Shown here in pieces: positions 12,441 to 22,305 of a stretch of DNA of 64,000 nucleotides. This DNA is from Gammaproteobacteria bacterium (lineage in GTDB: Bacteria > Pseudomonadota > Gammaproteobacteria > UBA4575). Positions within the stretch are counted from its first letter, which is position 1, and each line of letters begins with the position of its first letter. The notes under the pieces are model-generated. The model had not been told where the DNA came from. It saw nothing but the letters and a program-made list of their open reading frames with translations, and did no database searches. Location: assembly GCA_965243395.1 (NCBI GenBank), contig CBDEUS010000001.1:1024001-1088000 (forward strand). The letters are read 5' to 3'. Position numbers and translations under genes: made by a program.

Positions 12441-13193
12441 TTATATCTCACAATTAGAAATCCATTTTTCAACATCTTCCATGGCTTTATAATGCGTTAA
12501 ATCAAGATGCATAGGAGAAACAGAAATATAATTGTTATTCACGGCATAAAAATCGGTTCCAATACCGGCATCTTGTTCAGGACCTGCCGCACCTACCCAA
12601 TAAATCGGTTTGCCACGAGGATCTTTGTCTTCAATTACTGGCTCAGCCTTATGCCGATTACCCAAACGAGTCGTTTGCACACCTTTTAACTCACTTTTCG
12701 CCGCATCCGGAATATTCACATTTATAATCACATCATTGGGTAAAGTCGTCTTGGATAAATTTGCAATTAATTCAAAGCTTACTTGTGCTGCATCATCCAT
12801 ATACCGAGGCTGAAATGAGGTTAATGAAATCGCAACAGCGGGTAAGCCCAAAAATCGGCCTTCAATTGCTGCAGCCACTGTACCCGAATAAATTACATCG
12901 TCACCCAAATTGGCTCCAGCATTGATACCGGATACCACGATATCAGGTTCATCGCCTAAAAGCCCTGTGATAGCCAAGTGCACACAGTCCGTAGGGGTAC
13001 CATCCACACTGTACCAATTTTCAGCAACTTGCTGGGCACGAATGGGTCTTTCTAGTGTCAAAGAATTACTGGCGGCACTGCGATTACGATTCGGCGCCAC
13101 CACAGATATTTTACCCAAGGGCGCAAGTGCCTCAGCCAATAGTCTCAGTCCGCTGGCATGTATGCCATCGTCATTACTTAATAATAGATGCAT
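12441..13193 (-). CDS. surE: 5'/3'-nucleotidase SurE
   Basis: [36 protein letters not shown]. Confidence 0.98.
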   Translation of the reverse strand: MHLLLSNDDGIHASGLRLLAEALAPLGKISVVAPNRNRSAASNSLTLERPIRAQQVAENWYSVDGTPTDCVHLAITGLLGDEPDIVVSGINAGANLGDDVIYSGTVAAAIEGRFLGLPAVAISLTSFQPRYMDDAAQVSFELIANLSKTTLPNDVIINVNIPDAAKSELKGVQTTRLGNRHKAEPVIEDKDPRGKPIYWVGAAGPEQDAGIGTDFYAVNNNYISVSPMHLDLTHYKAMEDVEKWISNCEI

Positions 13194-13287
13194 GTGGTTT
13201 TCTGAAATTAGGTAAAATTATTATGAGCGGTAAATAGAATACTGTCTATGCTGAAAATAGTAACAAATTCAAATACTAAAATGGAAA

Positions 13288-13860
13288 TTGCTCATGCCAC
13301 GGAATAAAGAACCTGATAATAGTTCAGCCCTCGAAGAGGAACTAAGTTTTGAGGATCTACTTGAAAACGTCAAACCTTTACATAGAGATCATCAAAACCG
13401 GGCTACTTATCAAAGCCCGAAACCAAATCCCACACCAAGGGAAACGCTTAAAGATGAGCAACGTGTTTTAGAAGAATCTTTGGAAATTAGTTCTGAATCA
13501 GATGATTTGCAACCCGGAGATAGTTTATCTTTTTGTCGCCCAGGTATACAAAAGAGTGTTTTCAAAAAGCTGAGAAAAGGTCAATACAACATCGGCGCCG
13601 AATTGGATTTACATGGCCATACTCAAGCTGAAGCTCAAGTCGCGCTTTCAAAATTCATTCAGACAGTAAGAGAAGAAAACATACGGTGCGTACGCATTAT
13701 TCATGGCAAAGGATATGGGTCGAGCAATCAAGGGCCCAAAATTAAACCTTTGGTAAATAAATGGCTACAAAAAAGAAACGAGATCCTTGCATTTTGTTCT
13801 GCAAGGCCCATTGATGGTGGTACAGGAGCAGTATATGTCCTTCTAAAGTCTCTACGTTAA
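13288..13860 (+). CDS. Smr/MutS2-domain protein
   Basis: LDLHG, IIHGKG, GGTGA Smr motifs. Confidence 0.92.
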   Translation: MLMPRNKEPDNSSALEEELSFEDLLENVKPLHRDHQNRATYQSPKPNPTPRETLKDEQRVLEESLEISSESDDLQPGDSLSFCRPGIQKSVFKKLRKGQYNIGAELDLHGHTQAEAQVALSKFIQTVREENIRCVRIIHGKGYGSSNQGPKIKPLVNKWLQKRNEILAFCSARPIDGGTGAVYVLLKSLR

Positions 13861-13947
13861 ATGATTTTATACACCCGATCTAATATTACTTGGGATTAAT
13901 TTTATAAAAACTAGTAGACGAATTTTAAAAATCGATGGTTAATGTAA

Positions 13948-14259
13948 CTAAAATTTTGTTGATGTGATTTCAATCTTTGACTGACCAATCAGCGCCAGTG
14001 CTTTTTCAACATAAACCCCGCAACCTGAACACTGTTCAGCTTTGGGTTGCTCTAACTCACACTTTGGGCAAGTCATTAGATTTTCTTTATTTTCGGAATT
14101 TTCATCATTACGCACCTGTACAAGTGCTTCATTAGACTCTTCTACAGGCGTAATCGGTTCAGCTTGCACTACCGGTTCTAACTTTTTGGTTTTTACAGGT
14201 TCTGCGTCCTCTAGTGACAACCCTTCTAGATTAAACTTATCAAATTCTGTATTACTCAT
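13948..14259 (-). CDS. Hypothetical protein with zinc ribbon
   Basis: CPKC-x9-CSGC; acidic N-terminus; 4 bp downstream of the upstream paralogue. Confidence 0.75.
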   Translation of the reverse strand: MSNTEFDKFNLEGLSLEDAEPVKTKKLEPVVQAEPITPVEESNEALVQVRNDENSENKENLMTCPKCELEQPKAEQCSGCGVYVEKALALIGQSKIEITSTKF

Positions 14260-14263
14260 AATC

Positions 14264-15427
14264 CTAACCTTCCCCTATTCCCATTTTAAATGCAGTTCCA
14301 ACCCCTAAAAAGAGAAACAGTATTCCCATTAATCCAAAATCTAAGAACATGAGTGATGTTGTAGACATAGCTTCAACATTCTCTTGAAAGCTTCCTTCTA
14401 ACCATTCCTCAAAACTAGGGTTTGTTTCAGTAATTCGTTTTAAGTGAGGCACAACATATTCATTAAAATCTGCAATTTCCGCATCAGATATGTTTTCAAC
14501 ATCATAATATTCAGAGTATCCATGCTCACTCAGAAATGCTATTAGCTCTTTTTTATCATCAATACCATCACCAAATGCTTCCGCAGCTTTTAAATCTTGC
14601 TGATAATATTCCCTATATATAGCTTCTTCGCCTTCTATTGCAGCAGTGATGTCTTGAGTCCACGTCTCTTGCAAATGAGACATCGCCATATACTTACCGC
14701 CAAATATTGATAAAAGAGTAAAGATGGCACAAATCACACCGGTTGCTATCCCTTGCGATTCAAACATCACAGCAACGATGCCTACTGCTGCACCAATTCC
14801 AATTGCAATAATGGCAAACTCATAACCAAACCACACAGTAATATATTTCCAAAGCAATGCACCTATAATTGCTACTACTGCAGCAGCAGCGACACCTTTA
14901 ACATTTAATGCTTTATCTTGTTTCACGTTAACATTAGCTGGAGCTGCTTGAACAGCAGATGATTGCGGATCGTCTTGTTTAGAATCTTGTGGAGCTTTTA
15001 TGATAGTAGATGGCCCGATAACTGTATCACTTGCCGACGGTGCCAATAACTTTTTAACGTAAACACCGCATCCTGAGCATTGTTCAGCTTTTTGCTGGTG
15101 TAAATTACATTTGGGACACGTCATTGTTGTGTCTTCTTTAAGGGGCTGCTTTTTCTCAATTGACAAAGACATCCCATCATTCTTGACTTCGGATTTATGT
15201 TCTTTTAAGGCGATCACCATGCCAATTTGTTCAAGACGAGATTTTAGTGCCTTTGCCTTAGCAAGCTCCAAATCTTTTTTAAGTATTTTTTGAACTCCGA
15301 CATAATTGCCGGCTTTCTCGGGCGTGGTTTTAAATAACTTTGCAAAGCTATTTTTAACGTCTTCAAGGCCAAAATCTTCTTGAAGCTGACCGGTACTAAT
15401 TACCGTATAAGTGGATGATTCGCTCAT
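14264..15427 (-). CDS. Membrane protein with N-terminal soluble domain, zinc ribbon and ~4 TM helices
   Basis: CPKC-x9-CSGC motif, three adjacent hydrophobic segments, an acidic loop and a C-terminal TM. Confidence 0.8.
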   Translation of the reverse strand: MSESSTYTVISTGQLQEDFGLEDVKNSFAKLFKTTPEKAGNYVGVQKILKKDLELAKAKALKSRLEQIGMVIALKEHKSEVKNDGMSLSIEKKQPLKEDTTMTCPKCNLHQQKAEQCSGCGVYVKKLLAPSASDTVIGPSTIIKAPQDSKQDDPQSSAVQAAPANVNVKQDKALNVKGVAAAAVVAIIGALLWKYITVWFGYEFAIIAIGIGAAVGIVAVMFESQGIATGVICAIFTLLSIFGGKYMAMSHLQETWTQDITAAIEGEEAIYREYYQQDLKAAEAFGDGIDDKKELIAFLSEHGYSEYYDVENISDAEIADFNEYVVPHLKRITETNPSFEEWLEGSFQENVEAMSTTSLMFLDFGLMGILFLFLGVGTAFKMGIGEG

Positions 15428-15685
15428 AGTAGCTCAATCTAAATCTTTGATTAAATTGTATTAATCTGAGCGAAAACACCTAGCCGTATAACGACAAAAG
15501 GCATTATGGCTGGCACCATTGACCTAAAAAACTGCTGAAACAGCTAAACCTTATCGATTGGATATACTAGTAATTTAGACAGGCAATTTTCTTCAGAAAT
15601 AGCCTGATTGGATAATACATATTAAACACAGAGATATTTAACGTTTCCCTAAAGTTAAAAATATCAATCTATGTTTCTTTTGGTA

Positions 15686-16456
15686 TTAAAGTAATTTTTT
15701 AAGTTTCTCCCCAGCCCCACCAATATCTTTAAGCTTATCTAAAGCTTTATCATCAATGTTTAACTTTTCTTTCCCTAATTGCTTTAACATCTCTTCATTC
15801 ATCAACGAACGCAAATCAAGCTTACTCGCAGCAGAACCTATTTGATTTGTAAGCACTGCAATTACTTTTTTTGCAACTTCGCCAGGTGTTGCGCCACCTG
15901 AGTCTTTGCCTATATCACGTAGATGAATCGCCGGAAGTGGAGTGGATAACGTTTTGCCTTTGACCATATCAGATGACACTTCCACTTCACCATTTTTAAT
16001 AATTAAATTCTCTATAATTAATTTTGGCCCACTACTCTCATCACTTCCTGAACCACCAGCAGTATATGCTTCTACATTCTTTTTAACAGCATCAACGTTA
16101 CTGCCATTTTTACTAAGCTCATAAACTATAGATGGACCATCCAATAGTATTTGTTCAATAACGATTAACTCAGTAGTTGTTCTCTCTAAACTAAGTTGTA
16201 CACTCGTGTTGTCCATTTTAAACAGATGCTTATTCGAAAATCCTTTAGGATTGGCTACGCTCAAATTAGAAATCGCGCCTAAGCCATCTGATAGTCCGAT
16301 TTTAACTCCTCCCACACCAACACTGGTTTGGGTAACTTCTGAGCCATACTTTTCAATTGCTGCTTTAACAATGTTGTCAAGATTGCCTAATAAATAATAA
16401 GCGCCTACAGCAATAACAACTGTAAGTACTAATATGCTGATGAGTATTTTTTTCAT
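15686..16456 (-). CDS. Short AsmA-like/DUF748-type periplasmic protein
   Basis: N-terminal anchor, LSVANPKGF, IEQILLDGPSIVYE..SN, LPAIHLRDIG. Confidence 0.7.
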   Translation of the reverse strand: MKKILISILVLTVVIAVGAYYLLGNLDNIVKAAIEKYGSEVTQTSVGVGGVKIGLSDGLGAISNLSVANPKGFSNKHLFKMDNTSVQLSLERTTTELIVIEQILLDGPSIVYELSKNGSNVDAVKKNVEAYTAGGSGSDESSGPKLIIENLIIKNGEVEVSSDMVKGKTLSTPLPAIHLRDIGKDSGGATPGEVAKKVIAVLTNQIGSAASKLDLRSLMNEEMLKQLGKEKLNIDDKALDKLKDIGGAGEKLKKLL

Positions 16457-16468
16457 ATATTTACGTTT

Positions 16469-16930
16469 TTACGTTTTCATATAACCTTGAGGGCGAATTG
16501 CTACGGTACATTCCACTTGAGCACAAAGCGTTCCATCATTTAAGTAGTATGCATAAGTAAAGGTGGGTGTGCTACGGTTTTTTTCATTTAATTCTTTTTC
16601 TATTACAGGTTCTAATTCTGCTGGAAAATCAAAGCGAAGCTCGAGATCTGTTGTTCCTGCACGCAAAAAATCTATAGTTAATTTGCGCGTCCATGCAGCA
16701 TACCCTGGAAATAGTTTACCACATGATAGAGCAGCAACAGGATCTGCAAGAGATGCCATGAATCCGCCAAACATTGTACCCTGATGGTTGGTAGCGGCTT
16801 TAGATAGAGGCAACAATAATTTTATCGAGCGCCAGTCCGGTGAAAGCTCCAAAATTTGCACTTGCATCATTTTAAAAGGCTCGAAATTCTCGAGCCTTTT
16901 AATTGCACCGCCTAATTCCGCATCGGACAT
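16469..16930 (-). CDS. PaaI/hot-dog thioesterase-like protein (DUF4442-like)
   Basis: NHQGTMFGG...ADP motif; 10 bp downstream of fadE. Confidence 0.8.
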   Translation of the reverse strand: MSDAELGGAIKRLENFEPFKMMQVQILELSPDWRSIKLLLPLSKAATNHQGTMFGGFMASLADPVAALSCGKLFPGYAAWTRKLTIDFLRAGTTDLELRFDFPAELEPVIEKELNEKNRSTPTFTYAYYLNDGTLCAQVECTVAIRPQGYMKT

Positions 16931-16940
16931 TTATATTTCT

Positions 16941-19400
16941 CTAGGCTGCTTTTTTAGTTGTTTTCCTCTTAGACACAGCTTTTTGCGGAGGGAAATCATC
17001 CACCATAATTGCTTCACGTGTAGCTGCATGAGCCACTTCTACAAGTTTAGCCTCTTCTTTTGTTATCACACCCTGTGACACGGCATCATCCAACCAATTT
17101 GCAGGTCTACCAAGTTCTGGTGGACTAATACGAGCTTTCTTAAGTTTCTTTTCAGCTTCATAAGCTGCTGCCACTGCCTGAAACGCATATTGCACACAAC
17201 CAATAGGATCATTTGGATCTGTAGTTTTGTAAACTCCATCTGTTAATCGATCTCTAGTTTCAGAGGGTTCAATTAGTCGCTTCGCAACTTCGTGACCTAC
17301 CCGATCATTTGGATAGCGCAAACTCTTGCCGGTTGGGAATACAATAAGTCGTAAAATTTGACCAACTATGACTGATGGGAAATTACGTAAAATTTCATCT
17401 AGCGCGTCTTGGACATTATACAAACAATACTTTGTACTCCATTCAACAAAGGGTAAATCCTCTGCCGGGCGACCAGTGTCTTCGAAACGCTTTAGGATTG
17501 CTGAGCTAAGATACATATAACTGAGCGCATCGGCAAAACGTCCAGAAAGTTTTTCTTTTCGCTTTAAACCACCGCCTAAAAACAACATGGCAAAGTCAGA
17601 AACAAATGAATAGCTAGCACTCATTCTAGCTAAGCGTTTAAAGTAACCACGTGTAGGTCCATCGATTGGGCTGGACGCAAGACGACTTCGTGTTAACCCA
17701 TATAAGAACGAACGCGCACCATTACACACTGCGTACCCAAGATGTTTGAATAATGCCTGATCAAAGCGTTGTAAACCTTCCTCTTTATTTTCAAGCGAAG
17801 CTGCCGTGACTTCTTCTATTAAATAGGGATGACACCGCATTGCACCTTGACCAAAAATTATCAAACTCCTGGTTAATATATTGGCACCTTCTACAGTTAT
17901 ACTGATAGGAATGGATTGATAAGCACGTGCTAAATAGTTGCTGGGGCCAATACAAATTCCACGACCCCCATGCACATCCATAGCATCATTGATAACTTGA
18001 CGCATGCCTTCTGTATTATGGTATTTAAGTATTGCCGTTACTACAGACGGTTTTTCACCATGGTCAATGGCTGAAGCCGTTAATCTTCGCCCAGCCTCCA
18101 TCATATATGTCAGTCCACCTATTCGTGTCAGCGCTTCTTCCACGCCTTCGAATTTACCAATCTGTACATTAAATTGTTTGCGAATAGCAGCATATGCACC
18201 AGTCATATAGCTGGCAAACTTTCCTGCTCCCGTTCCTAATGCAGGTAATGATATTCCTCGACCAACGGATAAACATTCCACCAACATGCGCCAACCTTTT
18301 CCAATTTGTTCTTGTCCTCCAATTATCCAATCCATTGGAATGAAAACATCTTCACCCCAATTCGGTCCATTTTGGAATGCAGAGTTAAGGGGATTATGTC
18401 GATTTCCTATACTTACCCCAGGGGTTGTTGTAGGTATCAGGGCACATGTAATACCTAAATCTTCTTCACCACCTAACAAACCGTCGGGATCATAAGCTTT
18501 AAAAGCTAAACCTAACACTGTAGCAATAGGTCCTAAGGTTATGTAACGTTTTTCCCAATTTAATCGCAAACCTAAAACTTCTTTTCCTTCATGTTTGCCC
18601 ATGCAAACAATTCCCGTATCAGGAATCGCTCCTGCATCCGAACCAGCATTAGGCCCGGTTAATGCAAAACATGGAATTTCTTCACCAACTGCTAAGCGTG
18701 GCAAATAATAGTCTTTTTGTTCTTCTGTCCCATAATGTAAAAGTAGCTCAGCCGGACCGAGTGAGTTAGGTACCATAACTGAAACACCCGCCGTACCACT
18801 CCGTGTAGAAATTTTCATTACAACGGATGAATGTGCAATCGCAGAAAACTCCAAACCACCATATTTTTTCGGAATAATCATCCCAAGAAATTTATTCTTC
18901 TTGATAAATTCCCAGGTTTCAGGCGAGAGGTCATTCAAGTCATTGGTGACTTGCCAATCATCAATCATGCGGCAGAGTTCATCTGTAGGACCGTCTAAAA
19001 ATTCTTGCTCTTCTTTTGAAAGTTCTGAAACATTATGATCAAGAAGTTGGTCCCAATTCGGTTGTCCACGAAATAGCTCTGCTTCCCACCAAGCTGTGCC
19101 AGCCTCAATTGCATCACGCTCCGTTTGTGACATTGGAGGTAGAATTTTCTTTACATATGCCAACATCGGTTTACTAAGAACAGAAATACGCAAGTCATCA
19201 ATATTGAGTAATGCGATAGGAATGAATAAAAGCCAAAGAATCCATGCAGCAATACCGCCGAGAAAAGGTGTAAAAGTAAGCACTAAAAGTGCACCACCGA
19301 TTACTGCCGTCCAAACTGCAAAAGACCATTTCGCTTTAGCCAAGCCGTAAACCAACGCTCCAATTGCTACCAACCAAACTAAAAATGTCATGGTATTCAC
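16941..19400 (-). CDS. fadE: Membrane-anchored acyl-CoA dehydrogenase FadE
   Basis: LPPMSQTERDAIEAG, MVPNSLGPAELL, CFALTGPNAGSDA, RYITLGP, ITVEGANILTRS, DUF1974-like tail. Confidence 0.95.
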   Translation of the reverse strand: MNTMTFLVWLVAIGALVYGLAKAKWSFAVWTAVIGGALLVLTFTPFLGGIAAWILWLLFIPIALLNIDDLRISVLSKPMLAYVKKILPPMSQTERDAIEAGTAWWEAELFRGQPNWDQLLDHNVSELSKEEQEFLDGPTDELCRMIDDWQVTNDLNDLSPETWEFIKKNKFLGMIIPKKYGGLEFSAIAHSSVVMKISTRSGTAGVSVMVPNSLGPAELLLHYGTEEQKDYYLPRLAVGEEIPCFALTGPNAGSDAGAIPDTGIVCMGKHEGKEVLGLRLNWEKRYITLGPIATVLGLAFKAYDPDGLLGGEEDLGITCALIPTTTPGVSIGNRHNPLNSAFQNGPNWGEDVFIPMDWIIGGQEQIGKGWRMLVECLSVGRGISLPALGTGAGKFASYMTGAYAAIRKQFNVQIGKFEGVEEALTRIGGLTYMMEAGRRLTASAIDHGEKPSVVTAILKYHNTEGMRQVINDAMDVHGGRGICIGPSNYLARAYQSIPISITVEGANILTRSLIIFGQGAMRCHPYLIEEVTAASLENKEEGLQRFDQALFKHLGYAVCNGARSFLYGLTRSRLASSPIDGPTRGYFKRLARMSASYSFVSDFAMLFLGGGLKRKEKLSGRFADALSYMYLSSAILKRFEDTGRPAEDLPFVEWSTKYCLYNVQDALDEILRNFPSVIVGQILRLIVFPTGKSLRYPNDRVGHEVAKRLIEPSETRDRLTDGVYKTTDPNDPIGCVQYAFQAVAAAYEAEKKLKKARISPPELGRPANWLDDAVSQGVITKEEAKLVEVAHAATREAIMVDDFPPQKAVSKRKTTKKAA

Positions 19401-19619
19401 CTCTATTAAATGGGGCTGTATATCAATTTATTATGAATATTGTACTGCAATAGACCGGTATCTCGTGGTTTTACGTGCAGTACGAACATACCTATTCAAA
19501 CGATTTGGAATCTATTTATGAGCGGTATGAATTAAATTTACACATATGACAGAATTTAAATTAATAAAATTATATAATTTATTGATAAATATATAATTTA
19601 AAAAATATATGCGTTTTTA

Positions 19620-20312
19620 TTACTCTAGTATATATGTATAGGCCATCAACTGGCCTGAGCGATCTATCTCAACTGTGATTTCAGGTACATCCGTTAACTC
19701 CTGAATCGTTTGCATGAATAACTCAGATTGCGATGCAGAGACACCATTTACAGATTTAATTACGTCCCCATTATGCAGGCCTAATGACGCCGCTTTTGTG
19801 TCAGGCTTAATCTTGGATAAGGTATAGCCAACCACTTGCTGCTCTTCTATGAGTGGCAGAAAGCCTATTTCAGAAACCAAGCGTTGTTTCTCGCTAACAT
19901 AGTCAGCCACTTCATTTTTCGAAAGCACTACTGTTGCTTTTTGTGTTAAAGATTCTTCATAGTCTGCCTGTAACAATAGATCTCCCACACTGCTTCGAAG
20001 CTGCAAATCATAGTCGCTACCCTTACAACGAAGTTTTGCAGAATCATGCAAAACATCCATTAGTTCACATCCCTGAATGTCATCACCTAATTGAACTAAT
20101 AGCTCATCGCCATTTTCATCAACAAACATAGCGTGAGCATTTTTTGCATTCAAAAATGTCCCGCTTAACACCCAATTGGGTTGGTCAGCAATTGCAATAG
20201 GTATGTGTAAAACAAATATGACTAGCATTAAATATGCTAGCCATATGGTTTTACGTAGGATAGAAATCAATTGGATAATTGAAATTGAACGGTGGAACAT
20301 CTTCTGCTCCAA
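19620..20312 (-). CDS. GspC-like protein (T2SS-C HR domain + PDZ); true start may be ATG 20228
   Basis: Hydrophobic N-terminus, LSGT..AMF..ELLVQLGDDI.G.EL..V HR-like pattern, PDZ (GYTLSKIKPD..LGLHNGDVIKSVNG). Confidence 0.65.
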   Translation of the reverse strand: MEQKMFHRSISIIQLISILRKTIWLAYLMLVIFVLHIPIAIADQPNWVLSGTFLNAKNAHAMFVDENGDELLVQLGDDIQGCELMDVLHDSAKLRCKGSDYDLQLRSSVGDLLLQADYEESLTQKATVVLSKNEVADYVSEKQRLVSEIGFLPLIEEQQVVGYTLSKIKPDTKAASLGLHNGDVIKSVNGVSASQSELFMQTIQELTDVPEITVEIDRSGQLMAYTYILE

Positions 20313-21234
20313 AGTTAATTAGTTTCACGCGTTGTAGAATTTTATTTTCGAGTTGTGCGTTACCTAATTGACTAGAAATAATACTTGCACTTGTCACTTT
20401 ACCTGAAGGAGCAATTGTTATATTCAGTACCACTTTTCCTTGTAAAGAAGCATCTTTGCGTAATTCACGGTTATACAAGGTAAATAATCCACTCTTGTTG
20501 CGATCAAACATGATTTGAATTTTTTCTAAATCACGTGTCTTACCATATCCGGCTCCATCACCCGAACCAGAACCATCACCACCACCAGAGCCAGTACCAC
20601 TTCCACCAATTCCAGAACCCCCTACGGAACCCGCAGCACGACCACCCAGCCCATTGCCGCCAGTGCTTGTGCTTAAACTCGCAGTGTTAATACCGCCACT
20701 AGATTTTCCGTAATTTTTAGTGACTAAAGATCGTTTGGTTGTCTGTCCAGTTGTTCCACTTGTATTAAGAGAACGTTCACCTAACGCTGCCGAGGAAGAA
20801 GTTTTCTTAATATCAGATAGATCATCCTTCATGGCTAACAACCCCGAACTCGCGGCTATTTCTTTTGCCGACTTTTTAGGTATAGGTGCTTTTTTAGGTT
20901 TTGTAGCCGTTTTAATAGGTTCTTTTTTAGGTTGCGGCTTAGGCTTGACCTTTTTTGGTTTAGGTTTAGGTTTCACCTTTCTCTCAACCGGCACTACTTT
21001 AGGTGGTGGCGGTGGAGGAACTTCAACTTTAGGAATAAGTTTAACCAGGCGTTCTGGTTCTTGTTTTTCAGGCTCTTCAGGTTCTGGTAGCGGCAAGATT
21101 GCAAATAAAAATACTAAGAAAAATACTGCAACAACGGACCAACGTAATAATTTATTAAAACGAGCCTGTTGCTCTGGATTAATCGTCCAGGGCAAGTCAT
21201 GCGGGAAATATGAATTTTGAATTACAGCAGCCAT
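20251..21234 (-). CDS. TonB-like energy transducer with AgmX/PglI-type C-terminal domain (GltG-like)
   Basis: Single TM, Pro/Lys-rich then Gly-rich linker, C-terminal LYNRELRKDASLQGKVVLNITIAPSGKV...YPIDF. Confidence 0.8.
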   Translation of the reverse strand: MAAVIQNSYFPHDLPWTINPEQQARFNKLLRWSVVAVFFLVFLFAILPLPEPEEPEKQEPERLVKLIPKVEVPPPPPPKVVPVERKVKPKPKPKKVKPKPQPKKEPIKTATKPKKAPIPKKSAKEIAASSGLLAMKDDLSDIKKTSSSAALGERSLNTSGTTGQTTKRSLVTKNYGKSSGGINTASLSTSTGGNGLGGRAAGSVGGSGIGGSGTGSGGGDGSGSGDGAGYGKTRDLEKIQIMFDRNKSGLFTLYNRELRKDASLQGKVVLNITIAPSGKVTSASIISSQLGNAQLENKILQRVKLINFGAEDVPPFNFNYPIDFYPT

Positions 21235-21241
21235 ATTAGTA

Positions 21242-21742
21242 TTAAGACTCTAATTGAGTTTCTTTTTGTATTACCGATAAAGAAATTTTTGAAAAACCTG
21301 CATAGTTAGCACATAAACGCATTACACGATCCAGTACTTTATATGGCACTTCTTTATCGCCCATTATTGTTACTTCTCTTTCCGGATCTTCTTCTGAGAC
21401 AGGCTCCACCTCATCCGCCAATTGTTTTAATTTTTCAACAAATAGCGAAACTTCAGTAGAGTCTTCCTTCATTACTTCTTCGATTGTAATGACATCTTCA
21501 CCTTGAAGCCTTACCGTCTCTTTACTCAGCATTACTACTACAGATTCCTGAGGTGTAACTTCAGAAATTGATTCAGGCATTTCAATGCCTTTTGGATTAG
21601 GCAGTGGAGTAATCTCGTTTGTGTTCACCAATAAGAAAAACACCAATATTGTGAAAATATCCATCAATGAGACAACATTAAATGGAGGTTGCTTATTGCG
21701 ACTATGTTGTCGTTCCATGCGTTTTAGTCTGCGATCATTCAC
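21242..21742 (-). CDS. ExbD/TolR-family protein (AglS/Q-like)
   Basis: NVVSLMDIFTILVFFLL TM with the conserved Asp; IMGDKEVPY..L..VM. Confidence 0.9.
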   Translation of the reverse strand: MNDRRLKRMERQHSRNKQPPFNVVSLMDIFTILVFFLLVNTNEITPLPNPKGIEMPESISEVTPQESVVVMLSKETVRLQGEDVITIEEVMKEDSTEVSLFVEKLKQLADEVEPVSEEDPEREVTIMGDKEVPYKVLDRVMRLCANYAGFSKISLSVIQKETQLES

Positions 21743-21775
21743 TATTATTTTCCTATTTAGTTCCTTAAATATCCC

Positions 21776-22276
21776 TTAGGCAGGAGCATCACCTAATGAT
21801 ATTTCGGGAAATAATTCAGCACGTGTGAAATTACCCTGCTCATCCTCAATATCAATCGCTCTTACTGCGTCCATAACCAATACTAAACTCTCATAACCTA
21901 TATCAGGTTCAAGTAGAATTGATGCGGCTACGTTGTCAGGAAATTTACTTTTAAGAGATTGCAAAGTTTGTGAAAGTAATTCAACATCATAACTTTCATC
22001 TTTCTTCTCAATCATATATCTGCGAAAACTTCCGTTCTTATCTTGAACAATTAAATAATCTTCTTTAACGATAACTTCTAAAACCAATTCTCTTTTATTT
22101 GGTTTAACTTCATTGGATGCAGCAGGTAAATGTATTTCTAAAATTGTAATCTTAGCGAAAACCAGCATGATCAGTAGAAACGGAACCAAGATCACCATCA
22201 AATTCATGAATGGCGTTACACTTAGCTCTGCTTCATTTTTTGCGAAGCGTTTTTTCCAACGTTTTCTGTTACGCAT
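21776..22276 (-). CDS. ExbD/TolR-family protein (AglQ/S-like), Asn at the Asp position
   Basis: ELSVTPFMNLMVILVPFLL TM; EPDIGYESLVLVMDAVR..LFPEISL. Confidence 0.88.
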   Translation of the reverse strand: MRNRKRWKKRFAKNEAELSVTPFMNLMVILVPFLLIMLVFAKITILEIHLPAASNEVKPNKRELVLEVIVKEDYLIVQDKNGSFRRYMIEKKDESYDVELLSQTLQSLKSKFPDNVAASILLEPDIGYESLVLVMDAVRAIDIEDEQGNFTRAELFPEISLGDAPA

Positions 22277-22305
22277 ACCTGGTTCCTTTAAGTCGATGCA
22301 ATTGC

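Noticed and set aside
15510-15526. TGGCAC sigma-54 -24 element
   Set aside because: No TTGC at -12, and the orientation does not point to a gene start.
20520-21080. Low-complexity Gly-rich and Pro/Lys-rich repeats; antisense ORF 20720-21220
   Set aside because: Explained by the TonB-like periplasmic linker; the antisense ORF is a shadow.
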